A stretch of 64,000 nucleotides of DNA from Neoechinorhynchus agilis (lineage: Eukaryota > Animalia > Acanthocephala). The position numbers were made by a program, and so were the translations under genes. Numbering within the stretch: the stretch's first letter is position 1; every line of letters starts with the position of its first letter. Location of the stretch: positions 6,976,389 to 7,040,388 of the forward strand of contig CM121343.1 of NCBI GenBank assembly GCA_051530055.1, in the 5' to 3' direction. Positions 60,428 through 64,000 of this stretch are shown one piece after another. The notes beneath the pieces are model-generated. The model ran no database searches. It was given only the letters and a program-made list of their open reading frames with translations, and was not told the origin of the DNA.

Positions 60428-63140
60428 AGTCCCACATCGAACTCTCTGGTCCCTTACCCGTCCCCGAAGAACCATCTTCGGTACGTTAAACAGTCTCAAA
60501 TCTTAGAAATACCTTTAAAGTTTCCCGAAATCTCATAGTGATCGCGCAAAAACCCACGATTTATATTCCTACTTTTAAGTCCCACATCAGTCTCTGGTCC
60601 CCGAAGAACGATCTTCTGTACGTTAAACAGTCTCCAATCTTAGAAATATCTTTAGTTTCAGGAAATAATCTCATATTGATCGCGCAAAAAAACCCACGAT
60701 TTATAATCCTACTTTAATCCACATCAGTCTCTGGTCCCCGAAGAACATCTTCGTACGTTAAACAGTCTCAAATCTTAGAAATACTTTAGTTTCCGAAAAA
60801 TCTCATATGATCGCGCAAAAAAACCCACGATTTATAATCCTACTTTAATCCACATCAGTCTCTGGTCCCACCCGCCCCAAAGAACGACCTTCTGTACGTT
60901 AAACAGCCTCAAATCTTAGAAATACTTTAAAGTTCGGAAAAATCTCATATGATCGCCAAAAACCCACGATTTATATCCTACTTTTAAGTCCCACATCAAA
61001 GTCTCTGGTCCCCGAAGAACCATCTTCGGTACGTTAAATTGCCTCCCATCTTAGAAATACCTTTAAAGTTTCCGGAAATAATCTCATAGTGATCGCGCAA
61101 AAAAACCCACGATTTATAATCCTATCTTTCAATGCCACATCAAAGTCTCTGGTCCCCGAAGAACGATCTTCTGTACGTTAAACAGTCTCCAATCTTAGAA
61201 ATATCTTTAGTTTCAGGAAATAATCTCATAGTGATCGCGCAAAAAAACCCACGATTTATAATCCTACTTTTAAGTCCCACATCAGTCTCTGGTCCCCGAA
61301 GAACGATCTTCTGTACGTTAAACAGTCTCAAATCTTAGAAATATCTTTAGTTTCCGGAAATAATCTCATAGTGATCGCGCAAAAAAACCCACCATTTATA
61401 ATCCTAGCTTTCAATGCCACATCAAAGTCTCTGGTCCCTTACCCGTCCCCAAAGAACGACCTTCTGTACGTTAAACAGCCTCAAATCTTAGAAATATCTT
61501 TAAAGTATACGGAAATAATATCATATTGATCGCAAAAAAACCCACGATTTATAATCCTACTTTTAAATGCCACATCAAAGTCTCTGGTCCCCGAAGAACA
61601 TCTTCTGTACGTTAAAAGTCTCAAATCTTAGAAATATCTTTAGTTTCAGGAAATAATCTCATATTGATCGCGCAAAAAAACCCACGATTTATAATCCTAC
61701 TTTTAAGTCCCACATCAAAGTCTCTGGTCCCTTACCCATAACCCAACAACGATCTTCTGTACGTTTAATTGCCTCAAATTTTAGAAATCTACTTTCTTTA
61801 AAGCATCCGGAAATAATCTCATATTGATCGCGCAAAAAAACCCACGATTTATAATCCTATCTTTCAATGCCACATCAAAGTCTCTGGTCCCCAAAGAACG
61901 ACCTTCTGTACGTTAAACAGCCTCAAATCTTAGAAATATCTTTAGTTTCCGGAAATAATCTCATATTGATCGCGCAAAAAAACCCACGATTTATAATCCT
62001 ATCTTTCAATGCCACATCAAAGTCTCTCGTCCCCGAAGAACCATCTTCTGTACGTTAAAGCCTCCCATCTTAGAAATACCTTTAGTTTCCGGAAATCTCA
62101 TAGTGATCGCGCAAAAAAACCCACGATTTATAATCCTACAACCACACAGTCTCTGGTCCCCGAAGAACGACCTTCTGTACGTTAAACAGTCTCAAATCTT
62201 AGAAATATCTTTAGTTTCCGGAAATAATCTCATAGTGATCCGCAAAAAACCCACGATTTATAATCCTACTTTTAAATGCCACATCAAAGTCTCTGGTCCC
62301 CGAAGAACGATCTTCTGTACGTTAAACAGTCTCAAATCTTAGAAATATCTTTAGTTTCAGGAAATAATCTCATATTGATCGCGCAAAAAAACCCACGATT
62401 TATAATCCTACTTTTAAGTCCCACATCAAAGTCTCTGGTCCCTTACCCATAACCCAACAACGATCTTCTGTACGTTAAATTGCCTCAAATCTTAGAAATA
62501 CTCTTTAAAGTATCCGGAAATAATCTCATATTGATCGCGCAAAAAAACCCACGATTTATAATCCTATCTTTCAATGCCACATCAAAGTCTCTGGTCCCTT
62601 ACCCGTCCCCAAAGAACGACCTTCTGTACGTTAAACAGCCTCAAATCTTAGAAATATCTTTAGTTTCCGGAAATAATCTCATATTGATCGCGCAAAAAAA
62701 CCCACGATTTATAATCCTATCTTTCAATGCCACATCAAAGTCTCTGGTCCCCGAAGAACGACCTTCTGTACGTTAAACAGTCTCAAATCTTAGAAATATC
62801 TTTAGTTTCCGGAAATAATCTCATAGTGATCCCGCAAAAAACCCACGATTTATAATCCTACTTTTAAATGCCACATCAAAGTCTGGTCCCCGAAGAACGA
62901 TCTTCTATACGTTAAATAGTCTCAAATCTTAGAAATATATTTTCTTTAAAGTTTCCAAGAATAATCTCATATTGATCGCTAAAAAACCCACTATTTAAAA
63001 TCCTACTTTTAAATGCCACATCAAAGTCTGTGGTCCCGTTACCCGTCGCCGAAGAACGATCTTCTGTATGTTAAACAGTCTCAAATCTTAGAAATCTACT
63101 TTCTTTAAAGTATGAGAAAATAATTTCATATTGATCGCAA
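60428..63140. repeat. Satellite G: about 19 heterogeneous 140-160 bp monomers (short and long subtypes)
   Basis: CACATC..GTCTCTGGTCCC..GAAGAACG..CTGTACGTTAAAC..CCACGATTTATAATCC repeated; many small indels. Confidence 0.95.
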
Positions 63141-64000
63141 AGTCCCTCCCGTAGCGGTCGCCGATGAACACGTTTCTGTACGTAAAATATTCTCGGATCC
63201 GGGCATTCTATTTTTTTGAAAAGTATCCGTAAATAGTCTCGGTCTCAAATCGAGGATATAAAAATTGTTTGATTATAAATCCTACCTTTAAAAAGTCCCT
63301 CCCGTAGCGGTCGCCGATGAACACGTTTCTGTACGTAAAATATTCTCGGATCCGGGCATTCAATTTTTTTTGAAAAGTATCCGTAAATAGTCTCGGTCTC
63401 AAATCGAGGATATAAAAATTGTTTGATTATAAATCCTACCTTTAAAAAGTCCCTCCCGTAGCGGTCGCCGATGAACACGTTTCTGTACGTAAAATATTCT
63501 CGGATCCGGGCATTCTATTTTTTTGAAAAGTATCCGTAAATAGTCTCGGTCTCAAATTGAGGATATAAAAATTGTTTGATTATAAATCCTACCTTTAAAA
63601 AGTCCCTCCCGTAGCGGTCGCCGATGAACACGTTTCTGTACGTAAAATATTCTCGGATCCGGGCATTCAATTTTTTTTGAAAAGTATCCGTAAATAGTCT
63701 CGGTCTCAAATCGAGGATATAAAAATTGTTTGATTATAAATCCTACCTTTAAGAAGTCCCTCGGGTACCGGTCGCCGATGAACACGTTTCTGTACGTAAA
63801 ATATTCTCGGATCCGGGCATTCAATTTTTTTTGAAAAGTATCCGTAAATAGTCTCGGTCTCAAATCGAGGATATAAAAATTGTTTGATTATAAATCCTAC
63901 CTTTAAAAGTCCCTCGGGTACCGGTCGCCGATGAACACGTTTCTGTACGTAAAATATTCTCGGATCCGGGCATTCAATTTTTTTTGAAAAGTATCCGTAA
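63141..64000. repeat. Satellite H: 153-154 bp monomer, runs off the window; homologous to satellite G
   Basis: AGTCCCTC at 63141, 63294, 63448, 63601, 63755, 63908. Confidence 0.97.

Noticed and set aside
63208-63863. Repeated 64-103 aa ORFs in satellites G and H
   Set aside because: By-products of ~153 bp periodicity; frames break at homopolymer indels.
2851-64000. CRISPR-like or other prokaryotic defence arrays
   Set aside because: Repeats are head-to-tail with no unique spacers, there are no cas genes, and the DNA is intron-containing eukaryotic sequence.

Overview
Animal (metazoan) nuclear DNA, not prokaryotic. About 57% of the window is tandem repeat: arrays with monomers of about 154, 243, 196, 207, 305, 134, ~150 and 153-154 bp, plus a 1.25 kb zig-zag inverted array. 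Compact genes sit between the arrays. Their GT-AG introns are mostly 41-65 nt, so several genes are missed or fragmented by the ORF track. Genes reconstructed by hand: an axonemal dynein intermediate-chain-like WD40 gene (5' end outside the window), mitochondrial ATPase inhibitor IF1, an orphan type-I membrane protein with an RFX X-box, a 4-EF-hand calmodulin-like gene, intronless succinyl-CoA ligase alpha, Mlx, and a protostome-type cut/CUX gene with three CUT domains but no detectable homeodomain. Mobile DNA: CRE-type (RLE endonuclease) non-LTR fragments, Penelope remnants carrying hammerhead ribozyme cores, a tRNA-derived SINE with TSD, and MITE-like hairpins. Most notable: (1) an alternating-orientation array of hammerhead-derived units at 45.9-47.15 kb; (2) the homeodomain-less Cut; (3) a twin-priming-like 89 bp CRE insertion with a 13 bp TSD; (4) five satellite arrays whose two ends lie in nearly the same monomer phase. 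All family assignments come from motifs recognised by eye, not database searches, and splice models are unverified predictions.
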